Source of the DNA: an uncultured virus (IMG/VR IMGVR_UViG_3300048609_000030)
Taxonomy: Duplodnaviria > Heunggongvirae > Uroviricota > Caudoviricetes
Length of the DNA: 64,000 bases
Virus record (IMG/VR): IMGVR_UViG_3300048609_000030
Direction: 5' to 3' (one strand)
Of this stretch, positions 52,474 to 61,056 are shown one piece after another. The number at the start of each line of letters is the position of its first letter. The first letter of the stretch is position 1. The notes beneath the pieces were generated by a model. The model had not been told where the DNA came from and made no database searches. It saw only the letters and a list, made by a program, of their open reading frames with translations. The position numbers and the translations under genes are program-made.

Positions 52474-52827
52474 ATGCTTAGCTTCAGGGATTGCGGTCTT
52501 GCATTCGATGCTAACGGTCAGCCGCTTCCAGGATGCGTCATCCCATACAACCAACCCGCAAATGGTGTTGGTTACGTGATGATCGATCCAGGAACACCCC
52601 TGCCACACGTTGTGGCGGCGCCACAATTCTCGTCTGGACTCGGCCAGGATGAAACCGAGACGGAGACTCCATTACCAGCTACAACCCCGTCAGAACCTCC
52701 ACCAGAACTGACAAGTAAGCAGTTGTTCTCGCAGTTGTATCAAAAGAACAAATGGACCTTCTGGATTGGCGGCGGTGTGGTCAGTCTTCTCGCGCTTAGT
52801 GGCTTGTACGATTTGGTCAGACGCTAA
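52474..52827 (+). CDS. Putative virion membrane protein
   Basis: SGLGQ, Pro/Thr linker, C-terminal TM. Confidence 0.65.
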   Translation: MLSFRDCGLAFDANGQPLPGCVIPYNQPANGVGYVMIDPGTPLPHVVAAPQFSSGLGQDETETETPLPATTPSEPPPELTSKQLFSQLYQKNKWTFWIGGGVVSLLALSGLYDLVRR

Positions 52828-52828
52828 G

Positions 52829-53908
52829 CTAGAAACACACGCGTGGCTTGTTCAGCTGACGATACGGACGGCCGCTGATAGGCGTGGAGCGACGGCGCTT
52901 GCGTACTACAATGGCTGCTGTCAGCCCGCCAAGAGCCGCTGCGATTCCTCCGTAAATCAGATAACGCGTCCACGGAACAGTAGAGGGCACAGCAGGCTCT
53001 TGTGGCTTCGGTGGTGCTTCAACTGGTGTCTCAGCCGGTGTCTCAGCAGCTGCCTCGTTCTCCGCTGCAGCAGTTGAAGGAGCTGAGGGCGCGGGTGCTG
53101 GTGGTTGTGTTGTAGCTGGAGGCTGGTAAGACTCCCCGTCTTCCTCTTCTGTGTAAGCTTCCGAGGGTGCTGATTGTGGCGCCGTTCTCGATTCCGTAGT
53201 TGTGGTTGTAGACGGTGGAAGCGGTGCCGGTATTGGTAGCGGGGTTCTGGACGTCGACGACGTCGGTACCGGTACTGGACTAGGAATCCTGGACGTAGTT
53301 GTCGGAGGAGGCGGAGTCGGGGCCGGAGTTGGTACCGGCGCTGGAATAGGAATCCTGGACGTGGTTGTCGGAGTTGGTGCTGGCGTTGGTACTAACGACG
53401 CAGTTCGTATTGGTGTTGATGTTGGAATTGGTGTCGGTGCTATGATCGTTTTTGTAGTCGGTAGAGTATACGTGGTTGGGGTTGGTACGGCTGTAGAAGT
53501 AGGAATCTGTGTTATGGGAGCTGGTATTAGTGTTTGGGTAGGAACGTATTTAGTTTCTGTTGGGATCTGTGTTTGAGTGGGTGTGATGCTAGGTGTTAGA
53601 GGCGTAGGACTCGGCGTCGTTGACGTTGTGGGCAACGGTGTTCTGGTTACGATCAATGGAGTTTCGGGCGGCACCTCCTCGACAATTACAGGCTGTTGTG
53701 GCGTCAAGGTAGGTTGAAACGTTTTTACAGGCTCCAGCGGCAGCGACGGTTCAATTGGTAGTGGTTCACGAGCAACGGGCTGCCAAACAGTCTGTACTGG
53801 CGCAGGTGCAACGGGTTGCAACACAGTCGACGCTGTACGGGCAGTCGTAGTCGTAACGGCGATTGGAGCCGTAGTTACAGCATCTCTAGTAAATGTCGCG
53901 TAGAGCAT
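52829..53908 (-). CDS. Pro/Thr-rich mucin-like stalk protein with C-terminal TM
   Basis: Repeats of TTTSRIPxPxPVPT; TM YLIYGGIAAALGGLTAAIVV then RKRRR. Confidence 0.75.
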   Translation of the reverse strand: MLYATFTRDAVTTAPIAVTTTTARTASTVLQPVAPAPVQTVWQPVAREPLPIEPSLPLEPVKTFQPTLTPQQPVIVEEVPPETPLIVTRTPLPTTSTTPSPTPLTPSITPTQTQIPTETKYVPTQTLIPAPITQIPTSTAVPTPTTYTLPTTKTIIAPTPIPTSTPIRTASLVPTPAPTPTTTSRIPIPAPVPTPAPTPPPPTTTSRIPSPVPVPTSSTSRTPLPIPAPLPPSTTTTTESRTAPQSAPSEAYTEEEDGESYQPPATTQPPAPAPSAPSTAAAENEAAAETPAETPVEAPPKPQEPAVPSTVPWTRYLIYGGIAAALGGLTAAIVVRKRRRSTPISGRPYRQLNKPRVCF

Positions 53909-54169
53909 TTAGGCCTCCAAATCTTGTACAGCAAGGTAACACTCTCGCGCAACGTTCCACCCTTCATCTGTTAAGACAACGACAGGCCAGCGTGCTACCA
54001 CCTTGTTCCACTCTTGTCGTTCGTAGTCATATCCTGCGTAATAGACGAGTCCACGTCCTACAAGTTGTTCTGCGATGTTTGTAGGAAGCGCAACAACTCC
54101 TTGAGGATCTGCAAACGCGTGACGCAAAGCCAGTCGTTGACGTTTGGTTAGCGCACGCATTACTCTTGA

Positions 54170-54499
54170 TTAACCTTCCGTTTTTGAGAACTTCTTCTCT
54201 AGTGCGGCGTCAGCTGCGGCGTCGTTGCTACTAGCTGCCGACTTGAGTACTGCAACTTCGGCCTTTGCAGCCTCGGCCTCAGCTTTGGCCTTCTTGCTGC
54301 CGGCTACAACTGCGGCACTACCTTGAATCGCTTTACCGCCCGTATAGATGGTGGCCATAAGAACGGCAAAGTCCATCCATTGTTGTTCGGTAACGCGGCC
54401 AAGAAAGACGAAGACAGTAGCGATGATGAGAGGAAGTGCGTAACCGAACACGCCCTTCTCACTGTGGAAGAAGTCTTTGAGTACTTGTAGGCTAAACAT
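54170..54499 (-). CDS. Holin-like 2-TM membrane protein
   Basis: Two TMs, YTGG motif, charged tail; AAGGAG RBS. Confidence 0.5.
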   Translation of the reverse strand: MFSLQVLKDFFHSEKGVFGYALPLIIATVFVFLGRVTEQQWMDFAVLMATIYTGGKAIQGSAAVVAGSKKAKAEAEAAKAEVAVLKSAASSNDAAADAALEKKFSKTEG

Positions 54500-54513
54500 G
54501 AGTAGCTCCTTGA

Positions 54514-54846
54514 TTACCGAGGGAATGTTTTGCTTTTGTCTCGTGGTGCCCAAAGGCGCCAAAAACAGCGATCGGCTGCGTTTTTGGCAGAGCCAAGATA
54601 GTCTGTCAGTTCTCGTTTTTGTGTAGCGTGTTGGCGTTGAAGATCCTTACTCATACTTTCGTAGTGAGTAAGGGCCCTGCCCGCGTGCACAGCACCATCT
54701 TTTAGCCAGTCAAGACTGAGCCGACAGTCTCCAATCGTCACAGCATTGTGCGCACTTTGAAGCGCCACCATTGCTTTACGTGCTTTGTCGTCGAATTGGG
54801 AGGCGTGGGTGGCTGATACACTGCCGAGTCTTTGTCGCTTCTTCAT
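54514..54846 (-). CDS. Hypothetical protein resembling the 50908 product in layout
   Basis: Basic N-terminus + LG...H, helical core with central Cys. Confidence 0.55.
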   Translation of the reverse strand: MKKRQRLGSVSATHASQFDDKARKAMVALQSAHNAVTIGDCRLSLDWLKDGAVHAGRALTHYESMSKDLQRQHATQKRELTDYLGSAKNAADRCFWRLWAPRDKSKTFPR

Positions 54847-54866
54847 GGTGCGATTCTAACAAATCT

Positions 54867-55403
54867 CTATCTGACAAAGCTATCGTAAATCTGATTGGGT
54901 CCTGGCCCTCCGTATACGGCAGGGTACGAACGAATATACCCAAGATGTGCAAGCACAGCTTGTCGAGCCGTCCACGGACCGGACATCAAAAACTCTTGCA
55001 GGTCTTCAAAGTAGAATTCGCCAACGCCGTTGATGGTCTCGCGGATGCGATCGGCCGCATCATTCCACGAGACGTGCGGCACAATGCGTAGTGTGTAGGC
55101 GCGTAGTTTAATCCGTTTGTCTACTGGTTTGAGGTCGAGGCCATGCTCGCCAAACAGTTCGTCAGCAACGTGTTCGACGGCGTCGTACCACTTGCTGTAT
55201 AGCTCTTCACCTGCTGCTTGTTCAGCATCCTCACGGAGCTTTTCAGCCTCGCTATTCTCTTCGTCGTAATCAGATGCACGTATAGCGTCGTCACCAGCGT
55301 TTGCGATGTACTCCCAGTTTCGTTCTTGAACGTCGTCGAACGCTGGTAGATGAAACAGCTTCGCAAGCTGGTCTATGTCGATCCTGTCGGTTGACTTTGC
55401 CAT
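54867..55403 (-). CDS. Acidic hypothetical phage protein
   Basis: 178 aa; TINGVG.F.F..L.EFL.SGP.T. Confidence 0.65.
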   Translation of the reverse strand: MAKSTDRIDIDQLAKLFHLPAFDDVQERNWEYIANAGDDAIRASDYDEENSEAEKLREDAEQAAGEELYSKWYDAVEHVADELFGEHGLDLKPVDKRIKLRAYTLRIVPHVSWNDAADRIRETINGVGEFYFEDLQEFLMSGPWTARQAVLAHLGYIRSYPAVYGGPGPNQIYDSFVR

Positions 55404-55746
55404 GTCACTAACCTAGCAAATCTATTTTCGTTCGTAAACAGCACTGCGGAGGCGCTCGACAAGCGTTCCGCTGGCAGCATGATGCAACAGCTCTGTCGCT
55501 AAGCCAACCAGCTCACCAACAGTCAGGTTGCAGCCGCGTTTCACGATGTTTGGCCGGCCATAACCACATGCTTTGCAACGGACGACTTCGTCTGTTGCCT
55601 CGATAGTAGTTGAACGACATCGCGGACAGATCTTCGGGACTAGAAACTCAGCTGGCAGGATGTCTAGTCCCTGCTTCGACAGCTGAGACTTGATGAGCAT
55701 AGCTACCAGCCAGACGTTCGGCGGGATCTTTTTCGTTGCCCATGAT

Positions 55747-56346
55747 TCATCCATCAGTGTTCATCCTCGTGAACGGATCGGGTCCGTATGTCTGTTCGAG
55801 CACGTCGATTCTAGAAGCCTCGTGTAGCCGTTCGTAGAGATAGGGTGGGTAGAACCGCAGCTGTCGTCCAATACGCAGGCAGGGTAGTCCGGCTTGTACG
55901 TAGCGTCCAATTGTAGCTCCGCTGAGTTTCAGTGTCGAAGCTAGTTGTTGGACTGTCAACAAGGGTCGTGGTTCTTGGTAGTCGTGCGGTGTGGCAAGCC
56001 ACGGCGCCAGCGCAGGATCAATGCCGTCCTCGTCGGGTGTGGGCGTTTTCACCGTTTGCGGGTCTTTGACGCGCGCTTTTATGTAGTCGAGTAGGCGGTT
56101 ATCTGCGGCAAACCAGTTGCCGTGTTGGCGTAGTTTGTCGAAGCGTTTGTGTAGACGACGTTCCAGCTTACGGGGCGCGACGCTTGGTATGACACCAAGC
56201 AACACGATTTCGTAGGGAGATGCATCTCGAAGCGCTGTGATCCGTTTTGCAAGTGACCACGAGGCGCTGATTCTGATTGGACCTGTGTTACCGGCTTGGG
56301 CGAAATAAACAAGTCCAAGCCCGTCCAGATGGGAAAGCGTCGTCAT
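55747..56346 (-). CDS. T5orf172/GIY-YIG-like domain fused to an excisionase-like HTH
   Basis: VYFAQA..GPIRI..LERRLHKRF..GNWF; LLTVQQLA..GLPCLRIGRQLRF. Confidence 0.7.
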   Translation of the reverse strand: MTTLSHLDGLGLVYFAQAGNTGPIRISASWSLAKRITALRDASPYEIVLLGVIPSVAPRKLERRLHKRFDKLRQHGNWFAADNRLLDYIKARVKDPQTVKTPTPDEDGIDPALAPWLATPHDYQEPRPLLTVQQLASTLKLSGATIGRYVQAGLPCLRIGRQLRFYPPYLYERLHEASRIDVLEQTYGPDPFTRMNTDG

Positions 56347-56585
56347 CCGCTTTTCTTGCGGTAGTAGGTCAACACATCTTTCGGAACGAAGCGTAGACGC
56401 CCTGCGATTACTAGTCGTGGGAAGTCTTGCGAACGGAGCTGACGGGACAGTGTTGACGTACTGATTTGAAGAAACCGCGCCAACTGCTTCGGTGTCATTG
56501 GGCGGTCCCACAACGGATGTACCTCAGCGGTGATGGGTTTGCCAAGACCGCTTTCCGTTTGAGGTTTCCCAGCTTTCTTACTCAC
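56343..56585 (-). CDS. Excisionase/HTH_17-like DNA-binding protein
   Basis: MTPKQLARFLQISTSTL..FPRLVIAGRLRF. Confidence 0.75.
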   Translation of the reverse strand: MSKKAGKPQTESGLGKPITAEVHPLWDRPMTPKQLARFLQISTSTLSRQLRSQDFPRLVIAGRLRFVPKDVLTYYRKKSG

Positions 56586-56748
56586 ATATACGTTTTATCA
56601 GGTTCAGCAAAACACCGCAAACAAATGCGCTCTAGTGACGCCAATCTACGTTAGGTGCTAACCACTATCTAACGTCACCATGAGCTAACATACTGAAAAA
56701 ATTGATAATTTAGTTGATCACAGCATCGATCACTTGTACGTTTGGTCC

Positions 56749-57411
56749 ATGCTTCACATGACCTACGTTCGACCCGATCGCGTGATTCGCACGGCCGTTC
56801 TAGAGCCTACCGCCGAAGGGTACCAACCCGTTCGTGCTGCTCAAGCCGTTGCGGATCAGTTTACACGCATCTACGGGCCGACGGTCTACGCCAACAAGAC
56901 GGTGGCAACCAGTCAAGGCCCGATGACGGTGGTTGCTGCCGAACAGGCAAAGTCTGCGGAGCAGGCCGTCACCTCGATGGCCAATTCTTTTGCGAACGGT
57001 GAATCTGTTCGTATCAGCGATGCACAGGGTCGAGTTGCTGTTGTCCATCCAACAGGTCAGAAGGCGCCTTTTTGGACACGCGCGGTAGAACAAGCCCGGG
57101 CATTGGCCCAACGGCTTCGTGCAAAGGCTCAGCTAGGTGAAGCTGGCCCAGGTGAGATTCCGGTGGCGTACGGCTACGCACCACGGTTCAACCGTTCGGC
57201 GCAAGCGGCCAACACGATTATGCAGGGTGCTGATCAGCCGCCACAGGGTTTGTACCTTCCTGCGCAAGCTGGTGCCGCACGTGCTGTGCCGAATCAGCTT
57301 ACCGCTGAGTATCTAGCACGCACGATTCCTGGTGGTGTGCCCGCGATGGTCAACGTACGTGGGCAAGCCAATGCGCTCGATTGGTTCCATCGCGGAGGGC
57401 GGTACTACTAA
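56749..57411 (+). CDS. Ala/Gln-rich putative structural protein
   Basis: First gene of the operon after TTGATC-17-TACGTT. Confidence 0.7.
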   Translation: MLHMTYVRPDRVIRTAVLEPTAEGYQPVRAAQAVADQFTRIYGPTVYANKTVATSQGPMTVVAAEQAKSAEQAVTSMANSFANGESVRISDAQGRVAVVHPTGQKAPFWTRAVEQARALAQRLRAKAQLGEAGPGEIPVAYGYAPRFNRSAQAANTIMQGADQPPQGLYLPAQAGAARAVPNQLTAEYLARTIPGGVPAMVNVRGQANALDWFHRGGRYY

Positions 57412-57686
57412 TGCCGAGCGTGTTCACCATACAGGGTCCGCCGCTCGACACGGTTGAGCGTCTCGAACGGAGACGGCAGGGACACGAAACGCAAGACACC
57501 AAAAAGCAGATGGACGTGCTTTGCGATCTTCGCCGTGAACTTTTTGCTCGTGCCGACAAAGTTCGTCAGGGACCGCGCTATCGAGCTTATCGGACTGCGG
57601 GAGATGTCATTCAACGACTTGTTGAGGACTATCCCGGAGGTCGCGATTACTTCTGGAGCAAACGTTGCGGAACAAAACAACGTTGA
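57411..57686 (+). CDS. Small hypothetical protein
   Basis: TAATG overlap with the previous gene. Confidence 0.55.
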   Translation: MPSVFTIQGPPLDTVERLERRRQGHETQDTKKQMDVLCDLRRELFARADKVRQGPRYRAYRTAGDVIQRLVEDYPGGRDYFWSKRCGTKQR

Positions 57687-57743
57687 TGACACGTAGCGCT
57701 CAGCGCTGCTAGCGCTGGCCAACCCAAACATAAGGAGACAGCA

Positions 57744-58406
57744 ATGGCAGACCTGGGAGCTTACAACCTTGAACTTATGGATTCGGACAAGTCGGTAGAC
57801 CTGTTCGGTCTTGACGAGTTCGGCAACCCGACTGGTATGGACCAGATCTGGGGCGCAGTCATCGGTGGCGGCCTTGGTACGGGTACCGCGATTGCGGTTC
57901 GCGCACTCGCTGGTGAACCGGCTGCTGGCAAGTTCGACTGGAAGAAATACTCCGAGGGTGTCGGCTTCCTGGTTGGCGGCGCTGCTAGCGGTCTGATGAT
58001 GGCGTTCGAGGGTACTCGTGCAGCGGGCACCGCAGGATTGGCAGTGGCCTTCCTGACCAACGGTCTCCGTCAGCTCGAAAGCCTTTTCAGTGAGAAGTCG
58101 ACTGGGCTTGGTGCAGCGACCATCGAACGGCTGAACGGTGTCGTGATGGAACGTTTGTCGCCTGGGACCAGGAACGTCGGCCTCGGCATCCCAAGTGCCC
58201 AGTACGTACCTGAAGCCTACGGCACCATCCCTGGCGTTTACGGCACTCCTGTTGCCGGTACTCAGATCTCCACCGGTCAACCACCGGTCGATCTGATGGC
58301 GCCGCAAAACCTGCCGCAGAGCGCGTATCAGGTCGAGCTGATGGGCGGTCCTGCTCTCAGCGGTCTGGGTATGCACTACGGCGCGACCCTCTTCGGCAGC
58401 GACTGA
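57744..58406 (+). CDS. Gly-rich virion membrane protein with multiple GLG motifs
   Basis: TAAGGAG RBS; three hydrophobic segments; strong codon bias. Confidence 0.75.
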   Translation: MADLGAYNLELMDSDKSVDLFGLDEFGNPTGMDQIWGAVIGGGLGTGTAIAVRALAGEPAAGKFDWKKYSEGVGFLVGGAASGLMMAFEGTRAAGTAGLAVAFLTNGLRQLESLFSEKSTGLGAATIERLNGVVMERLSPGTRNVGLGIPSAQYVPEAYGTIPGVYGTPVAGTQISTGQPPVDLMAPQNLPQSAYQVELMGGPALSGLGMHYGATLFGSD

Positions 58407-58498
58407 CAGAAGAACAACTAACCGTCGGCCGTGAAGCCGACAAGTGAAAACAACCGGTCGGTGACGACCAGAAGAAAAACCTTTCAAGGAGGCTTATC

Positions 58499-59206
58499 AT
58501 GCGCGGAACAGTCGGTGTAGCACCTGGTACCACTACCCTCACCCTGCCTGACGGCACTGCTGTTGCCCTCGCGGACTGGATCGACGACAAGCTGTATGGC
58601 ACCGTCCAGTTTGCGAACGGTCAAGCCACGCCGATCGAGGCGTTCTCGGCTGGCCGTAGCCAGGCGATCCCTGGTGGTACTCGCGTTCAGACGCGGGTTG
58701 ACACTAACATCCCACGTAACGGCGACTCGGGTCTGCCGAAGGACTGGGAGATGTTGGTTTACGGCTGGGGCCTCAAGATGACCCGCGTCTGCCGTCCGCA
58801 GACTGGTCAGGCACAGCCCGTTCTCGGTGATGGCACTGGTGCGCTCTCCGACCCGCCGCGTCTTGCGACGCTGTTCGGTGTCGACCGTGTGGTCTTCATG
58901 AGCTACGAGTACAACGCGAAGATCTACACCTCGGGTGTCATGCAGGACTATCCGCAGGGACACGGCTACAGCGTGTTCAGCACGAACACCTCGTTCGAGC
59001 TGGCACAGAACGGCATCCCATCGCCGCGTGACCGGCTGGCGCTGGTGCTACCGGTCCACGAACGCGAGAATTTGGGCTTCAAGATGATCTTTCAGCCCGA
59101 GGCTGCACTGATCATCGCACAGCCCGCCAGCGATGGTGGTGCGAACCTCACCTTCGCGGACATCAAGACCTATAAATACGGCCTCATCAAAAGGACAGTT
59201 GTGTAG
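58499..59206 (+). CDS. Candidate major capsid protein (possible single jelly-roll)
   Basis: AAGGAGG RBS, strong GC3 bias, followed by a terminator; beta-rich; TRVDTNIPRNGDSGLP; paralog at 41486. Confidence 0.6.
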   Translation: MRGTVGVAPGTTTLTLPDGTAVALADWIDDKLYGTVQFANGQATPIEAFSAGRSQAIPGGTRVQTRVDTNIPRNGDSGLPKDWEMLVYGWGLKMTRVCRPQTGQAQPVLGDGTGALSDPPRLATLFGVDRVVFMSYEYNAKIYTSGVMQDYPQGHGYSVFSTNTSFELAQNGIPSPRDRLALVLPVHERENLGFKMIFQPEAALIIAQPASDGGANLTFADIKTYKYGLIKRTVV

Positions 59207-59261
59207 CAATTTCGAGCAGATAGCTGCTGAGATAGTACTACTGTCCGTCTGTATCCACCTT

Positions 59262-59304
59262 GAAGGCCCAACACCAGAAATGGTGTTGGGCCTTCGAGTT
59301 TTTC
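59262..59304 (+). terminator. Rho-independent terminator
   Basis: GAAGGCCCAACACCA-GAAA-TGGTGTTGGGCCTTC (15-bp stem, GNRA loop) then GAGTTTTT. Confidence 0.85.
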
Positions 59305-59409
59305 AGCAAAAACAAGTTGTAGAAGGTAAAAGATTGACCGAAGAAGTGTTTGTGCCTTTCTGCCTCGTCCGCTTGTATCAACTTTCGATACGATGGTATA
59401 TTGCCGCAA

Positions 59410-60948
59410 ATGCTTTGTCGTGCTTCTTTGCAAACAAACGGCAACTTGAATCTTCCAGCTGACCTCAACGTAGATGACGCAGCAGCCCTTTCTGTACGTT
59501 TTCAACGTGCTGATCTCGACGTGGCTGTGGTGGCAACATTGTCACGGTGGCATCAACGTTGTTGGATGATGTTTCCTGGTGAAGCTCGTAGATTGTGTCA
59601 ACCACCATGTCAGCTTGATGTTGATGTGACCACGTTAAAAGATCTTGTGGCAACCGACACACGAGCACTTGTCCCGTGTAATGGGATCGTAAGGTTCAAG
59701 GCACGCATACGAGAACATGGTGGCTTGCTCGTATCTGTACCACTGGTTTGGTATCGCGGAATGCAGCGCGCAGGATGGTCTCATGAAGTAGCAGTTCAGG
59801 TTACCTCTACAAAAGACACGATAAGATTTAAGCGTATGTTATCTGTACGTGCAGGCGGCAAGACGGTTGTTTTAGCGCTGCCACGTTCCACATGTTCAAT
59901 GTTAGAAGCTAACCAAGAGGTTGAAGTTGAACTACGTCCACATAAGGCCGCGGGCGCACCTGACCTAATGCAGTTGAAGCACTTTCCGATTAACGAATGG
60001 TGCACGTGGACTAAAGATAGACAAGAAGCGGAGTTGGCTATTCTTGTAGAGACATATCGTGCTGCAGGGTTTCCGTGGGATGTTGTACGTTCTAGAACAG
60101 AACGTGCACCGCTTGATGGTGTAAGAAGAAGTCGTATCAGCGTAGTCGGCGATCTTATCAGCAGTGTCGGTTACGCGGGACAACGCACTTGTCTTGCAAT
60201 TCACGCACATCGTTTGAATGCTCGTTGCGGAAAATCACCGTCAGTGGTTGAGGCATTTGAGAATGATCGACTACTACGACACGCGTTACGTTTTCAACTT
60301 GATCGCGGGAATCCAGTAGTACCACATCGTCTGTTGCGTGCACTGTCTGCACTAACGCACAGTCCGCTTAACTTTCCACCTACGTTGGCGCGTTGGCTGG
60401 TTGATCTATACGCCCCAGAAAACGGCATCGTTTTTGATCCGTGCTCAGGATACGGTGGCCGTTTACTCGGGTCTCTTGCTAGTGTAAAAAGCGTCACGTA
60501 TGTCGGTGCGGACATCGAACCAGCTAGTGTCAGTGCAAATATCAGGTTGGCTGCGTTTTTAGGTGCTGCACATCGTGTAATACAAGAAGAGCGCGCAATT
60601 GAGACTTCTTGTGCTTGGCCTAAAGCAGACCTCGCTCTTGTGGGTCCGCCATACTACAATCGCGAGAACTACGGTGAAGCTTCGTACAAGGCTTTAACTA
60701 ACTATCCAACTTATGATGTGTGGATCGAACAGTTCGTTTCACTTCTTGTTGTGCGTACATTGGAGGCAGCACCTGTAGCTGTATTTAATGTGGCAGCTAT
60801 ACGAGACAAAACTGTCATCAGAGATTTACCTGCTGATCTGATTCGGACAGCACAACAGCTCGGCATAAAAATAGAACGGATTCTGGAATGGAAAACGGCT
60901 AGGTTTAACAGCGCACGGACCGAAAAGCTTATCGTATTGACACGATAG
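59410..60948 (+). CDS. DNA amino-methyltransferase-like protein with N-terminal AbrB-like repeats
   Basis: NFPP..AR, FDPCSGYGGRLLG, YVGAD, GPPYY..ENY. Confidence 0.75.
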   Translation: MLCRASLQTNGNLNLPADLNVDDAAALSVRFQRADLDVAVVATLSRWHQRCWMMFPGEARRLCQPPCQLDVDVTTLKDLVATDTRALVPCNGIVRFKARIREHGGLLVSVPLVWYRGMQRAGWSHEVAVQVTSTKDTIRFKRMLSVRAGGKTVVLALPRSTCSMLEANQEVEVELRPHKAAGAPDLMQLKHFPINEWCTWTKDRQEAELAILVETYRAAGFPWDVVRSRTERAPLDGVRRSRISVVGDLISSVGYAGQRTCLAIHAHRLNARCGKSPSVVEAFENDRLLRHALRFQLDRGNPVVPHRLLRALSALTHSPLNFPPTLARWLVDLYAPENGIVFDPCSGYGGRLLGSLASVKSVTYVGADIEPASVSANIRLAAFLGAAHRVIQEERAIETSCAWPKADLALVGPPYYNRENYGEASYKALTNYPTYDVWIEQFVSLLVVRTLEAAPVAVFNVAAIRDKTVIRDLPADLIRTAQQLGIKIERILEWKTARFNSARTEKLIVLTR

Positions 60949-61020
60949 GTGTTCAAGTAGCGCTACAAGTACGGCCTCAAAACATACAAATAAAGGAAGG
61001 ATAATAGCGGGTATTTTCAG

Positions 61021-61050
61021 TTGACTTTCTAGGTTCAGGTTGTGTATCTT
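61021..61050 (+). promoter_or_regulatory. Sigma70-like promoter
   Basis: TTGACT-18 nt-TATCTT, 6 nt before ATG 61057. Confidence 0.55.
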
Positions 61051-61056
61051 GGTTAA

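Noticed and set aside
55747..56585. Excisionase-like genes as proof of a prophage boundary
   Set aside because: No integrase, att site or host genes in the window
57408..58963. Long minus-strand ORFs (359 and 159 aa)
   Set aside because: Antisense shadows of codon-biased plus-strand genes that have clear RBSs
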